Positions 1-12,616 of a stretch of 64,000 nt of DNA are shown piece after piece (the stretch's first letter is position 1; the number at the start of each line of letters is the position of its first letter). The position numbers were made by a program, and so were the translations under genes. The notes beneath the pieces were generated by a model that worked only from the letters and a program-made list of their open reading frames with translations, was not told where the DNA came from and searched no databases. Source of the stretch: Chrysomallon squamiferum (taxonomy: Eukaryota > Animalia > Mollusca); contig CM022679.1 of the NCBI GenBank assembly GCA_012295275.1, positions 28,582,001 to 28,646,000 of the forward strand, read 5' to 3'.

Positions 1-675
1 ACACACTGAAATAACACTTTAACTTTCTACCAACACTGAAATAATACTTTAACTTTCTACACACACTGAAATAACACTTTAACTTTCTACACACACTGAA
101 ATAATACTTTAACTTTCTACACACACTGAAATAACACTTTAACTTTCTACACACACTGAAATAATACTTTAACTTTCTACACACTGAAATAACACTTTAA
201 CTTTCTACACACACTGAAATAATACTTTAACTTTCTACACACACTGAAATAACACTTTAACTTTCTACACACACTGAAATAATACTTTAACTTTCTACAC
301 ACTGAAATAACACTTTAACTTTCTACACACTGAAATAATACTTTAACTTTCTACACACACTGAAATAACACTTTAACTTTCTACACACACTGAAATAATA
401 CTTTAACTTTCTACACACACTGAAATAATACTTTAACTTTCTACACACACTGAAATAATACTTTAACTTTCTACACACACTGAAATAATACTTTAACTTT
501 CTACACACTGAAATAATCATTAACACTCAAAATACTTTAATTTTCTACACACTGAAATAATCATTAACACACAAAATACTTTAACTTTCTACACACACTG
601 AAATAATCATTAACACTCAAAATACTTTAATTTTCTACACACTGAAATAATCATTAACACTCAAAATACTTTAAA
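1..675. repeat. Intronic minisatellite, 28-30-bp unit (acacactgaaataa[c/t]actttaactttct), changing to a ~44-bp variant after ~505
   Basis: Directly visible near-perfect tandem copies. Confidence 0.97.
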
Positions 676-789
676 CTGATTTAGTGACCACCATAGCTGT
701 CACAGTTTTGATATCCCACCTGTTTTAGAAATTATCAGAAGTGTAACAGAATTTTGTTCCTGTGAAATGACTTACTTTGTTACTTACAG

Positions 790-1016
790 CAGAGATTAGC
801 TTTCTGGTTTGCAACTGGAGGAGCAGGATTCTGTATCAGTCGAGGTTTGGCTTTGAAAATGATGCCATATGCAAGGTACAAATTTTAATAAATATTTGTA
901 AAAGACACAGAAAAATTAAGAAACTTGAAAATTAATACTTGTGATATTTATTTTTATCAAGTTCCATTATTCAGCTTTTGGATTTTTTTTTTTTTTCTTC
1001 ATCATTTCTTTCTGAT

Positions 1017-1051
<35 letters not shown>

Positions 1052-2108
1052 TTTTTCTTAATTTCAAACTTTTTGTTTTCTAATTTATTTTTTGTTTCTT
1101 TTTTATTTAACTTTTTTCTTGTTATTTGTTTTTCTCTAAATGATGACCAGAATGTCACTGCATAACTAATTTTAATATTTCTAAACTAATCTTATTAAAA
1201 TTAAAAATACCAAGTTAAAAGGGATTATACTGTTATTTATTTTTTTTAATGTTGGTGGATATGAATGTAAAAAATCCACCAAAATCTTTTTAAAAAATAC
1301 AATTTTTTAAAATATCACTAATTGAAAATTATTATTATTTTTTAAATTTTTGTTTCAGTGGGGGTCGTCTGATGACAACAGGAGAGAAAATCAGACTTCC
1401 TGACGACTGTACCGTAGGATACATAATAGGTGTGTATCTTACAGTTTATAATAGTTATATTTTTATTTTAATAATAGGATACATAATAGGTATGTATCTT
1501 ACAGTTTATAATAGTTATATTTTTATTTTAATAATAGGATACATAATAGGTGTGTATCACTCAGTTTATAATAGTTATATTTTTATTTTAATAATAGGAT
1601 ACATAATAGGTGTGTATCACTCAGTTTATAATAGTTATATTTTAATTTTAATAATAGGATACATAATAGGTGTGTATCTTACAGTTTATAATAGTTATAT
1701 TTTTATTTTAATAATAGGTTACATAATAGGTGAAATGTTACAGTAGATGATGTAACAATGGTTATATTTTTATTTTAATAGTAGGTTACATAATAGGTGT
1801 GTATCTTGCAGTAGATTATATAACAACAGTTTTATATAATATTTAAAATAAAAATATATAATAATAAAACATTTAAAAAAAAAAAATAAAAAAAGAAAAT
1901 CAAATCGTATAGCATCTGTAGTTAAGTTTGTGTTTTCAGACTATGTGTTGAAGAAACCACTGACTACTATAAAAGAGTTTCACTCACATTTGGAGCCGTT
2001 GTGGATGATTCAGTCACATCATCTCCACGATCAGGTAAACCTTCTTCTTTGTCTTACTACTAAATAAACTGTGTGCATGTATGTGTCTGTGTGTCTGTCT
2101 GCATGTGT

Positions 2109-2139
<31 letters not shown>

Positions 2140-2772
2140 TGTGTCACTATGTGTGGCTCTGTATGAAACTGACTGTCAGTCTGTATGAGAGTGTGTGTGT
2201 ATGTATGTGTCAGTGTGTGTGTCTGTATGTGTGAGTTTGTATAAGAGTATGCATGTGTGTGTGTGTCTGTATGATTGGTTCTGTATGAAACTGTGTGAGT
2301 GTCTGTATGAGAGTGTGTCTGTCTGTATATGTGTGTGTATGTATGTCTCAGTGTGTGTGTCTGTATGTGTGAGTTTGTCTGTATAAGTATGCATGTGTGA
2401 GTCTGTGTGTATGTATGAGAGTGTGTGTCAATATATGAGTGTGTGTCTGTATGTGTGATTGTCTATAAGCGTGTATATGAGTATGTGTGTATGTGAGTGT
2501 GTGTATGTCTGTATGTCTGTATAAGAGTGGGTGTGTCAATATATGAGTGTGTGACTGAGTGTGTGTGTGTGACTGTTTATGTCTGTATAAGAGTGTTTGT
2601 ATATATGAATGTGTATCTCTATGAGTGTGTGTATGTTGTGTTAGTTGTGTATGTCTGTATGAAAGTGCATGTCTGTGTGTATGTGTGACTAGGTCTATAA
2701 GTGTGTGTGTCTGTATGAGTATGTGTCTGTATATGAGTGTATGTGGTGTGAGTGTGTATGTCTGTATGAGAG

Positions 2773-2811
<39 letters not shown>

Positions 2812-3198
2812 GATTGATATGGGAAGGAAAGAGAGGTGGGATGGATACATAAACTATAAGATATAAAAACGAGGACTTATGTTAAGACTGAATTGTTTGT
2901 TTTGTGTAGATGTTAGCAAAGTGAAGAGTCATCACACAGGTATAAGTGTTGTATGTGACTGTGCTAACACTTACTGGATGTAAACTCACATTGTTACTAA
3001 TTCACAATGTTAAAAACTTCCTCATTTCATGTTAGATGATCATTCATTCATTATTTCATTTCCCAATCCTGCCTGTAACTCCTTACTGGGCTATGTTTAT
3101 ATTTTGTCATACCATAACACAGTGTACATAAAGAATCCTTTGTTGTTTAAAAGTAGCTCTTAGTATAGTGGCACTGCATTTCTTCTGTCATAACCTTC

Positions 3199-3238
<40 letters not shown>

Positions 3239-4651
3239 GTTTGACATTTAGCTGTGAAAATAAAAAACACACTTCACAAATTCTGATACATGCATTCATT
3301 CATTCATTTGTTCACAACAAATATCAGAAAAGACTTGTTTATATTTTTTTCCCAACTGCATTCTTCAACATTTTCATGTGAGAAACAAACAACTTTACTG
3401 TTAGTCATACATGTCATTCTAACAATATCATGGTGCTTTAGATGCAGTATGTTTTAGTTTTAAAACTGAACATAGTGACTGTTGTTGCTGTTGTGAAGAA
3501 AGAAATTGTATTTTGATGTTGTTACAGACACAGTTAGTGGTTCTGGGTAACAAATGTCAATGATGTAGATTGTTATTTAATTCTACATGTGTTATAACAA
3601 ATAACAGAAATACATGTAACCAAGTTGAAGATGCTTACTTTAAGTTAAATGACAAGTTAGCTTGTATAAGATACACAGCATTCATGAGATGCAGAAACAC
3701 ACACACAGAAACGTACATACACACATGCATTCCATGACTCACACATACATATACAGAGAAAAACAAATACATTCAGCCTAACTGAAAATTGTAAAACATA
3801 TTACACCATCACCATTATATACTGATTTTATAAAATATATTTTATGTCTCATGAAAAAGATTGAGAAATAAAAATAATAAAAATTTAAAATAAAGAAAAT
3901 GGAATGAATGAGAAAAGAGAACACTGAAAATATATAGAGAGGATATGCACATAATAATGTTTGCAATGTTGTGAGTGTGAGATACTTAAAGAGGCTATAT
4001 ATTTATATATATATATATATATAGGGATGAGATATATGTAGAGATTGTGTATAATTGTTTGTAATGAGGTAGACATGGGGTACATGTATATACAGGTATA
4101 TAATTCTGTTTCAGATTACGTTCAGTTATGGTCAGTACAGTCAGAAGACAAATGTTGTTAATGTTCCTGGTTTCTCTGAGGAAGAAGATCCATCCAGGTA
4201 ACACAATTATTTTCATTTTAAAATACAAAATCATTGTACTTTATTTTATTGTTGATGTTATGTTAATTATTATTATGTTTATCATTGTTATTTTTTCATT
4301 TTCTGCTTTTAATGTATTTTATTTTATTTTGTATTTATTTATTTGCATTTTAACTAATCAAATCATATACTTTATTTTAATTAAATATAAATACAAATAC
4401 AGTTTCATCATTTATTTTTTTACTTCTCACTGTTATAGAATGTATTTATTGGAGGAATTCTTCATATATCTCCATCTATATGTACAATTTTCTTCTCACA
4501 CTCATACATACATACCTATATCTATCAGAATATACATCCTTTGTTTATTTACTGTTTCAGACTGATGTCAATCCACTGTCATCTGTTCCCCTCATTCAAA
4601 CAGTGTAGACAGATGAAGTTGTCACCCACTACACTAATTCACTACCTGTGA
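790..4651 (+). CDS. fng: Fringe-family beta-1,3-N-acetylglucosaminyltransferase (GT31; lunatic/radical/manic fringe-like), 3' part; upstream exons lie before the window
   Basis: Exons 790-875, 1359-1429, 1940-2034, 4115-4197, 4561-4651 have GT-AG boundaries and compatible phases. They encode [66 protein letters not shown], the canonical Fringe C-terminal half with the PDD motif. TGA stop at 4649-4651. Confidence 0.96.
1416..1810 (+). repeat. 60-bp tandem repeat containing the Fringe exon end and its 5' splice site
   Basis: ACATAATAG|GT recurs with GT at 1430, 1490, 1550, 1610, 1670, 1730 and, degenerate, 1797. Confidence 0.95.
2070..2810. repeat. Degenerate (GT)n/(GTAT/GTCT) compound microsatellite
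   Basis: Visible dinucleotide-derived tract. Confidence 0.95.
3045..3280 (+). mobile_element. Decayed SINE relic (MetaSINE-like)
   Basis: Segments gtgtacataaagaatcctttgttg..aaaagtagc..agtggcactgcatttcttctgtc resemble my recollection of the molluscan MetaSINE body. Interrupted by a poly-A tract. Confidence 0.4.
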
Positions 4652-4818
4652 AACCTCTTTACAAATATTTACACTGCCAAATTTTCTACTAAAAAATTAT
4701 TGAACCACAAAACCACAAATAACCAATCCAGTAAAGCAATTAAAATAGCAAAGAACTCATCAATTCAGCAAAACAAAGCAAAAATTAGGAATTATCCTTA
4801 CCTTGAAATTAATAAATA

Positions 4819-4849
<31 letters not shown>

Positions 4850-5977
4850 AAGAAGAAAACATCAATCATACCATTCCCATGTATAATCTATAATCACAAC
4901 AACAACAGAAGACTATAGTACCAGATCTCATATAAATACAATACTGCCTTGGCACTGTTTTATCTCAGTCAGATTATTTTGTTTTCTGTCTTTTTCTTTT
5001 TTTTAATTTCACTTTATGTGTATAATTTTTTTTCTGTTATTTATTTTTGAGTGTATGGTTTATGTTTATGTAAAATTTAAAAGATTACTAACATTGAAGT
5101 TGCACATGGACTATTCAGAATTTATATTAGTCCACTTTTAAATCTCAGTGTAATTACAATTCACAGGTGTATTTAAATCTTAGTAATGTGCTAAATGAGA
5201 ATTGTTTATCCTAAAGTATTTCACATTTCTTAATTTTGTTTTTATCTTTGAATATAAGGTGACTGCCTAAGAATAGGATCTAAATTTAAATACAAATTCC
5301 ATATATATTTGATATAGTTTGTAGAAATAGTCTTTTTATCTAAAATATTTTAACTAATTTTGTACATAAAATAAAGTGTATGTATGCTGAACAGTAAAAC
5401 AATTGTAAGATATCACCACTACTGCTGGCAATAGATTGTCAACCTTGTATTAATCTGACTATCAGTTCAAATCCTAGTTTTGACTAATATTACAGAACTG
5501 AGCTAAAGTTAGTTTCACATTTTAAACTGTAAAGAAATTGTCAAATTTTTTACAAAACTGATTTCATTTAACTGAAGTATTTTAAATTTGAGGTCTTTCA
5601 ACTGATGACAAATTTGATAATCCACCATAATGAAGTTTTCAAAATCAAATCAAATTACTGAAATAACTAAATATCTTTATAAAAAGATATATTGTATATA
5701 AAATATGTGTATAGTTATAACTGTAGTGCTAAAAATAGGGTTGTGTCTAGAAGTTTATATTTTTTTTTAAAAACTTCAGCACAAAATATTTAATATTTGT
5801 AATTGTTGACAACAGAGAAAATGTTCATTGCAGATTTAGTCTTGCTAACAATATATCTTGTAACTTAAAGTGTAAGTATGTATATACATTTGTGTGTCTG
5901 AAGAGTAATGATGAATTGTGTACATGCATTGTTTGTGTGTGTGTGTGTGTGTGTTGTGTGTGTAGTGTGTGTGTGTG

Positions 5978-6011
<34 letters not shown>

Positions 6012-6278
6012 TCATTTGTATCGGAAATCTTTCATGTACCATTCCTAATATTTCCATATTTTGTTTTCTTGTACATTCTCTAATTTCTATTTTTTTGTTT
6101 TAAGTGCTATTTTATTCTTATTTCCAATACTATGATACCTGTTACATACATATATATATTCCTTACAGTGTATGGCATAATATGGGACCACTATGTATCA
6201 GATGTAGCAAGTATTTCTTATTATTTCATGTATATTGTATTAGATATTGGCAGTCAAATTCAGTATAATTACGTGTAG

Positions 6279-6516
6279 GATGCCTCATTCAACATTAGGT
6301 ATGTCCTGTATAAGATTCTTAGGTTCAGTATAATAAGGTATTATTGAATAGCTTGTCAGGTTCAGTATGATGTGTAGCTTTGAAAATTCAGTATAATGAT
6401 GCCTTGTTCAACATTAGGTATGTCCTGTATAAGATTCTTAGGTTCAGTATAATAAGGTATTATTGTATAGCTTGTCAGGTTCAGTATGATGTGTAGCTTT
6501 GAAAATTCAGTATAAT
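6279..6516. repeat. ~119-bp tandem duplication (2 copies)
   Basis: gatgcc..caacattaggtatgtcctgtataagattcttaggttcagtataataagg..gaaaattcagtataat starts at ~6279 and again at ~6398. Confidence 0.9.
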
Positions 6517-7404
6517 TAGGTGTTGGGTTTTTTTATTTTTTATATATTTTATTTTTCTTTGTTTTTGTTCATCACATTCAGTGCCAGTACACATTGATTC
6601 ACGTGACATTCCAGTCAAGTTTGTGAGTCATGCAGGTCATGTTTAGGTCACTTATTATTATTATTATTATTATCATTCATTATTATTATCGTTTTCATTA
6701 TCATTTTCATTAAATTAGTTTTTATCAATTGAAAAACTACATTTTATTATCTTTCAGTGCATTTAAATGGGAATAAAATAATAAGGGTATTTCTGTATTT
6801 AATTCTTACTTACACAGCTTTTTGAAATCAAGTTTAACACAGAGAGAGGTACTCTGTGTACACAAATGTACCAGTTTTTATGTTATTTACAATGTTGTAA
6901 TTAATATACCTATTGTTGTATTTTATATAAAATATATATAATTGTTTAAATATATATAATAAACTGTGAATAACATGAATATATTTTTGTATATAGAAAC
7001 ATACTTACTTCATTGTATTTTTTTTTTTATGAAGAAATGGTTATGTTATTTTTATATGTTTATTTTAAGAAATAAATCAAATAAAAAATATGGCTTTTAT
7101 TTAATTTTATTATTATTGGAAGTTACAGTAGTGACGGTGAATGTAGATTCATTAGTACTGCTACTACTGGTGTATGTAAAACAAATTATAAGTTTATGTT
7201 GTTTAAACTGGTTTAAAAAGATTTTCTATCTTCCTGAATGTCGATTTATCAAAGTATTTCGTGTTTTCCTTTCTGTGGGAAGGAGGATGTTTGTCAGCTG
7301 AGAGAGTAACCCATTTTGTCATCAGTAATCTGTGTCATTGCCTGTGTGGTCCTCAGATGATTCTATGATGCTAGAAAATGTGTGAAGTAAATGACAGATT
7401 GCTA

Positions 7405-8110
7405 TCACTGAATCACTAACTTAACATTACACAACATTACAACACATCTGTTAACATTACATACAAGTTAGAACATTAAAACCTCTGTTACCACTGAATC
7501 ACCAACTTAACATTACACACAACATTACAACATGTGTTAACATTACACACATCAAAACATTTATTAACATAACTTACAAGTTAAAACATCTTACACTTAC
7601 ACACTAGTTAAAACATCTGTTAACATTACATACAAGATAAAACATCTGTTAACACTGAATCACTAACTTAACATTACATATTACAACACAGCTGTTAACA
7701 TTACACAACATTACAACACATCTTTTAACATTACACCCTAGTCCAAAAATATGTTAATGTTACAAGTTAAAACATCTTAACATTAAACATTAACACAACT
7801 GTTAACATCACACACATTACCACATGCTAACACTGCACACATTAAAACCTCAACAACACAAGTTAAAACATTAACATTACATACAAGTTAAAACATTAAC
7901 ATTACACACATTAAAACATCTGTTAATGTTACATACAACATAAAACATCTGTTAATGTTACACACGTTAAAACGTTAATGTTACATACAACATAAAACCT
8001 GTTAATGTTACTCAAGTTAAAACATTAATGTTACATACAACATAAAACCTGTTAATGTTACACAAGTTAAAACATCTGTTAATGTTACACAAGTAAAAAC
8101 TGTTAACAAT
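7405..8110. repeat. Degenerate minisatellite (acatctgttaacattacac / acatctgttaatgttacac)
   Basis: Repeated ttaacattac and ttaatgttac cores. Confidence 0.85.
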
Positions 8111-10416
8111 CAGAACAATGAGGTAATGACTTTTCTAAGTGACTTACCACTTACCCAAGTGTGCCAGTGATTTTTAACTTGCTGTTGTGTCACTCATATT
8201 TAGAAAAAGAAAATCCAACCTTTACTAAAAATAAAATATGACAATAACAAGTTAATAAGGATACTTTGAAAATGACAATTCATGTTATGTTACGCATAAA
8301 AACCAATAATGATGATGATCATCATAATAATAATAATAATAGTAATAATAATAACAACAATAGCAATAATAATTTCAGCTTATCTGTTGAATATAAACTT
8401 AAAGTGATGGACTGAGACATGAACTTTGCAATGACCCTTTTTACATTACTTTATCAAATGTAACATCACCTACACAAATAAAACAAACAAAAACCATAGC
8501 TGAAAGCTGAATTTTTAAAAAAAAAATTATCAATTATGTCACATTTAGTTATTAGCAGAGTGGAGAAATATAATTAAAAAAAATAATTTAATATTCTGAT
8601 CATATAAATTTTATTCAAGTTATACATTGGTAAGAAATAACAAAAACATAGATGAAGGTTTATGGTTGTTTTATTTTGTAAATAAAACACTGATAATACT
8701 TACAAAACATCAAACATTTATCACAAACACTGCTATAATGTATTACTATGATCTGATTATTTCACAACAAAAAACAAAAAAACAACAACAGGTACTTGTT
8801 TTATCTCAGTGAACACTGAGTTTGATGAACTATTAACTAAACCCCCAAACAGCTTTAACCCCCCCCCCTAAGTAACAGCTTTGTTTTTGTATTCAAAGTT
8901 TCACTTTGATCATTAAATACATACATATAATTCACCATTGTTCTTACAAACTGAAATCTACTTTAAATCTATTAAGGATTCTAGAGAAGACAGAAACATT
9001 CAGTATTGCCATTTTCTTTTGTAAAGACTAGTAAAGTTTCAGGCAACTGTTATGTTAACAAAGTTGTGAATTATTTCTCTACCTCAACAATGACGTACAG
9101 AACAGAGAAAGTTGTGTATATTTGTGAAATTATGTAACAACAAATAAAACTGACAAAATATTTTCACTTTACACTTATTAGCATCGCTGATAACCTGAAA
9201 CATCAATTCACAGAATATTTACAATTGACAGAAATGATATTTTTATTTACACAATGTGCATTTTAATTTTATTAAACTAAATCAAGATTAATCTAATGCT
9301 ATACTAAAATAACAAATGTATAGAAATTCAAAATACGAAAAAAATGTTATTGTTTACATTTAATGGGTAGATATAAATGAATATGCAGATTAGATACGAC
9401 AGCTCCACATTTATCTAACAAATTCAAACATATTTAACCATGACTTAGTCTGAATGTTATCTGAATATTTTCATACACTTTAATAATTACTATATCTGAA
9501 AAATGTTGCATGCTTCTCAAACCAGCTGAATCTTACAACTGTAACAAGTGACCCAGACATGTTTAAGCCATTAATCTGGACAGACACACACACACACACA
9601 CACACAATAGTTATCTAAAGTTACCATTTTCACTGTACAAACTAATTAATAAAAAGCAAATCTCTTGTGTAACATTAAAAAATTTGCAGAAAAAAAAGGA
9701 AAAATATACATATATATTTTTTAATTCATGTTGATGTACATTCAGGCAATTAAACATTCTTCAGAACAAACACAAACAAAATGGAAACAACAGTAATGAT
9801 AATGATGTTATTGCAACAGCATATAATGTAATGAAGATGATATTAATGTAAAATAAATTGTAAATTATAATAATTAAGATGATAACATGTTAATGTTATA
9901 AAGAAAAAAACAGAACACAAAGTAAAAAAATTCAATTTAAAAAAAGAAAGAAAAAAAAAGGAATAACAGATATAATTAGAACATCAATCAACATATAACC
10001 TGAGAATAAAATAAAGCTGATCTCTACAGACAATCACCAGTTATTTGTTTTATCCTAAAAAATACAAATAAATAAATAAAGGAATATATTTCTGAATCCA
10101 CTCCCTCTCTCTTGCGAGTAGTAGTAGTAGATTCATTTTTACTGATTTCATTCTCACCTAAAAATAAAAATTAATTCTTAAATTAAGAGACTAAATAATT
10201 ATAATTCAAGCAGAAAGTAACGTACTTCATTTATATAGCACTGTATGTGACGCCTATACTTCACTGATATGCTACGTGATTTCTGTTAAATATAAAAAGA
10301 ATACAATCACCTTTAACTGAATCTTCATTTTACAAGAGACATTTTGATGGACGGATGAACATAAACTGAAATTTGATTTGTTTCGTTGCTTCTTACCTGT
10401 ATTTTATCTTGAATGA

Positions 10417-10447
<31 letters not shown>

Positions 10448-10489
10448 GATTAAAATAGAGAAAAACAATTTGCTATGAAGTTATATACA

Positions 10490-10625
10490 CTGTGTAAGTC
10501 ACTAAGTGCTCAGTACTGGCCTGAGACAAGACAGCTTTGAGGATCAATCTTCCACAGTGTATTTATTTAGTTATTTTCCCATTCCAAACAGTTCATACAG
10601 GAAATGATGTATAAAAGATGCCATG
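10490..10625 (+). mobile_element. Decayed SINE relic (MetaSINE-like, 5'/central part)
   Basis: ggatcaatc..ttattttcccattcca..gatgtataaaagat. The ggatcaatc..tttcccattcca part recurs at ~32690-32745. Confidence 0.4.
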
Positions 10626-11194
10626 ATTTAAGTGAAAAGTAATCTGCTGAATAGCCAAAACAAACCTATTTTTATATGTTTATATCAAAACAAAAATATA
10701 TATTAATAACCATTAAAAACAATAGAAATAATAAAATAAAATAAATAAATAAATAAAAGGTCTTACACACATATGCAGATAAACTGCTTTGACAGATAGT
10801 AATTCATATTAGTATACTCTAAAAACTGAAATTTCAGAAAGAAAAATAAATGTAAAAAAACAGCTTTGATGTCTGAAATTTTTCACATTTAGAATGTAGA
10901 AGCTATAGAGTTGACAGTGTGTTACTGATAACACACAGACAGGTGTGTTTCTACTGAACTGATGATCACTAACACACAGACAGGTCACACAGAGATGAGA
11001 GACATTGAAACAGAACAGTTCTACTGAACTGATGATAACTAACACACAGGATTAGGCAGAACTGACAATGATTTGTTTACACAGAACTCACAGACAATGA
11101 TTTGTTTAATAAATAAAGCTGCCAAATCCAGTGGATTATTTTATATACGTCATAGCAGTGCTACTTCATTGTATAATGTAACAGTGAGAACATT

Positions 11195-11355
11195 TCACAG
11201 TACGAATGTCCCTAAATGTCATTAAATGTATGTATATTGAATGAACATTTAACTACGAATGTCACTATATGTCATTAAATGTATGTATATTGAATGAACA
11301 TTTAACTGTACGAATGTCACTATATGAATGTGTACTAAATGAGCATTTAACTGTA
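11195..11355. repeat. ~50-bp tandem repeat (tacgaatgtc..cattaaatgtatgtatattgaatgaacatttaac), ~3 copies
   Basis: Directly visible. Confidence 0.8.
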
Positions 11356-12616
11356 TGTATTCATCTATCTGTGAATAACCCTTTCCCTCCTAACAACATT
11401 TACAATTTCTTGCCATGTAACTCTGCATGCAGCTATAAACAAAATCGATAATGAAATATCCATAGGTTTCCATATTAATGTGCACTCAGGTGCGTGTGTG
11501 TGTGCGAGCGTGTGTGTCTCTGTGACTTGTATGTATTATGTGTAATACAGGATGTTAAATACAAGATGAACTGGAAACCAGTACAGAAGACAACAGTTAC
11601 ATGAACTTTGTAAACTTTTTAAAATAAAAAAGTCAAGAACACAATTATTAGAAACAAAATCTACACAGCTTCAAACAGTTCTACCCTCTCTCATATTGCA
11701 TTTTGTTGCAGATAAATTTCACTCAGTTAAAACAGCAAGAAAATGAAAAGAGGAATCAATGAAAATGAAAAATTAAATTAAAAAAAAGTAAAAAAGTAAA
11801 AAAATACATGAAGAATAAGATATCACTTGATAATACACTACACGTTTAATTTTATACTTCTGATTATATTTCAATTACAGTTTTTACTATGGACTATATT
11901 CCATTCTTATTTATTTCATCAATAATCTTTATGAATAATTTTTTCAATTACCTCCAATGATTCATTATATTATAAAATTATGAATACTGTCATCAGCACA
12001 TAAATATAAATCCAGTTTTTAAGAAATTAAATTATTACATTACCAAATGTTTTATTTCATATAAATTTTACCTATTACATTCAGGTAAACATTCTGTATT
12101 ATGTGTAAACACATATTGCATATTTACATGCAAACGCTAGACAGTTTTGTTACATGAAAACATTTTACATACATGAAAAAAATCTTCAGTTGTGTTACAT
12201 GTAAAACATTCTTACATTTTGCATTACATGCAAATATTAGTTATATAAAATGTAAAAATTAATCTGTTGTAATTTGTATTAGTCATAAATACTAGTTACA
12301 TTGCTTACATATATTACAGTTGTATTACATTCATCTGTTTTAACTTTTATTATATGCAAATATATGTCAATTATCTTATATATAACAATCACATTATTTT
12401 CAGTAACAAATCAAAACTAAACTGCAGTTGACACTGTACAAGAACTCAGATATTTAAAATATTCAGTTTTACACACATATTATACAAAACAACTGTTCAC
12501 TTAGCTGACTTTACAAGTCAGCTTAGAATTTTCATTTTAATATGCTCAGCACTATAATGCAAAAAAAAAAATAAATAAATAAAAATAAAGGGTGAAGAAT
12601 GTTGATGGATATACTG

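Noticed and set aside
1-675. CRISPR-like periodicity and the 67-aa repeat ORF
   Set aside because: Units are contiguous with no unique spacers, there are no cas genes, and the context is a eukaryotic intron. It is a minisatellite.
1372-1746. 124-aa multi-pass membrane protein ORF
   Set aside because: It is a Fringe exon reading through its donor into a 60-bp repeat, not a separate gene.
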